A DNA stretch of 64,000 nucleotides from Cyanophora paradoxa CCMP329 (lineage: Eukaryota > Plantae > Glaucophyta): the NCBI GenBank assembly GCA_004431415.1, contig QPMI01000214.1:1-64000 (forward strand). The letters run 5' to 3'. Position 1 is the stretch's first letter; the number at the start of each line of letters is the position of its first letter. The notes under the pieces were generated by a model, which searched no databases, had not been told where the DNA came from, and saw nothing but the letters and a program-made list of their open reading frames with translations. The position numbers were made by a program, and so were the translations under genes. Positions 63,762 through 64,000 of this stretch are shown here, in pieces.

Positions 63762-64000
63762 GATCACGCCAGCCGTCGAGCCGTAGGCAAGGGGGGCGGG
63801 GCCGGGATCGGGCAGCGCGGAGCCCGAATGCGCGCAAGACTGCAATTCAGACGTGAGCGCAGCCACGGCAAAGATCTCTCACGGAGCGTACGATATTGAC
63901 GGTGAGGTCCTTGACAGGAGCGCTCGGGTCGTACTCCAGCGTCTCGTCCGGCCCCCAACGGAGTCTCCCTAGTAGGTGAGCGACGGGGCTCGAGCTCGCC

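Noticed and set aside
58300-64000. IS607 serine recombinase or other transposase accompanying the PHD-Fanzor
   Set aside because: No recognisable transposase motifs in the window. The upstream region lies beyond base 64000, so absence is not proven.

Overview
This window is the left end of a GC-rich, intron-dense eukaryotic chromosome. A (CCCTAA)n telomere runs from 1 to 7163 and is followed almost immediately by housekeeping genes, many in head-to-head pairs: PLGG1/LrgAB, PEX14, a GBP2-like RRM protein, PEX5, DNAAF3, a front-end desaturase, ETFB, BBS5, SF3A3, PFDN6, PEX13-like, ATG9, an NPHP3-like NACHT-TPR protein, plastid LepA, a plastid bicupin and SF3B6. Short GT/GC-AG introns, Phe-containing transit-peptide starts, PLGG1 and flagellar genes suggest a flagellated alga with a primary plastid, possibly a glaucophyte (inference). 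The main discovery is at about 58.7-63.8 kb on the minus strand. There, about 15-16 hand-predicted introns join an N-terminal PHD finger in frame to a complete Fanzor2/IS607-TnpB-type nuclease with all RuvC catalytic residues, making a candidate chromatin-reader-fused RNA-guided nuclease of about 1,200 aa. A second Fanzor family survives as several non-autonomous 3' remnants. These keep a conserved hairpin-forming right end (candidate omegaRNA) with variable downstream sequence, share an intron position with the PHD-Fanzor, and lie next to copied host gene 3' ends. All gene models were spliced by eye and no database searches were run.
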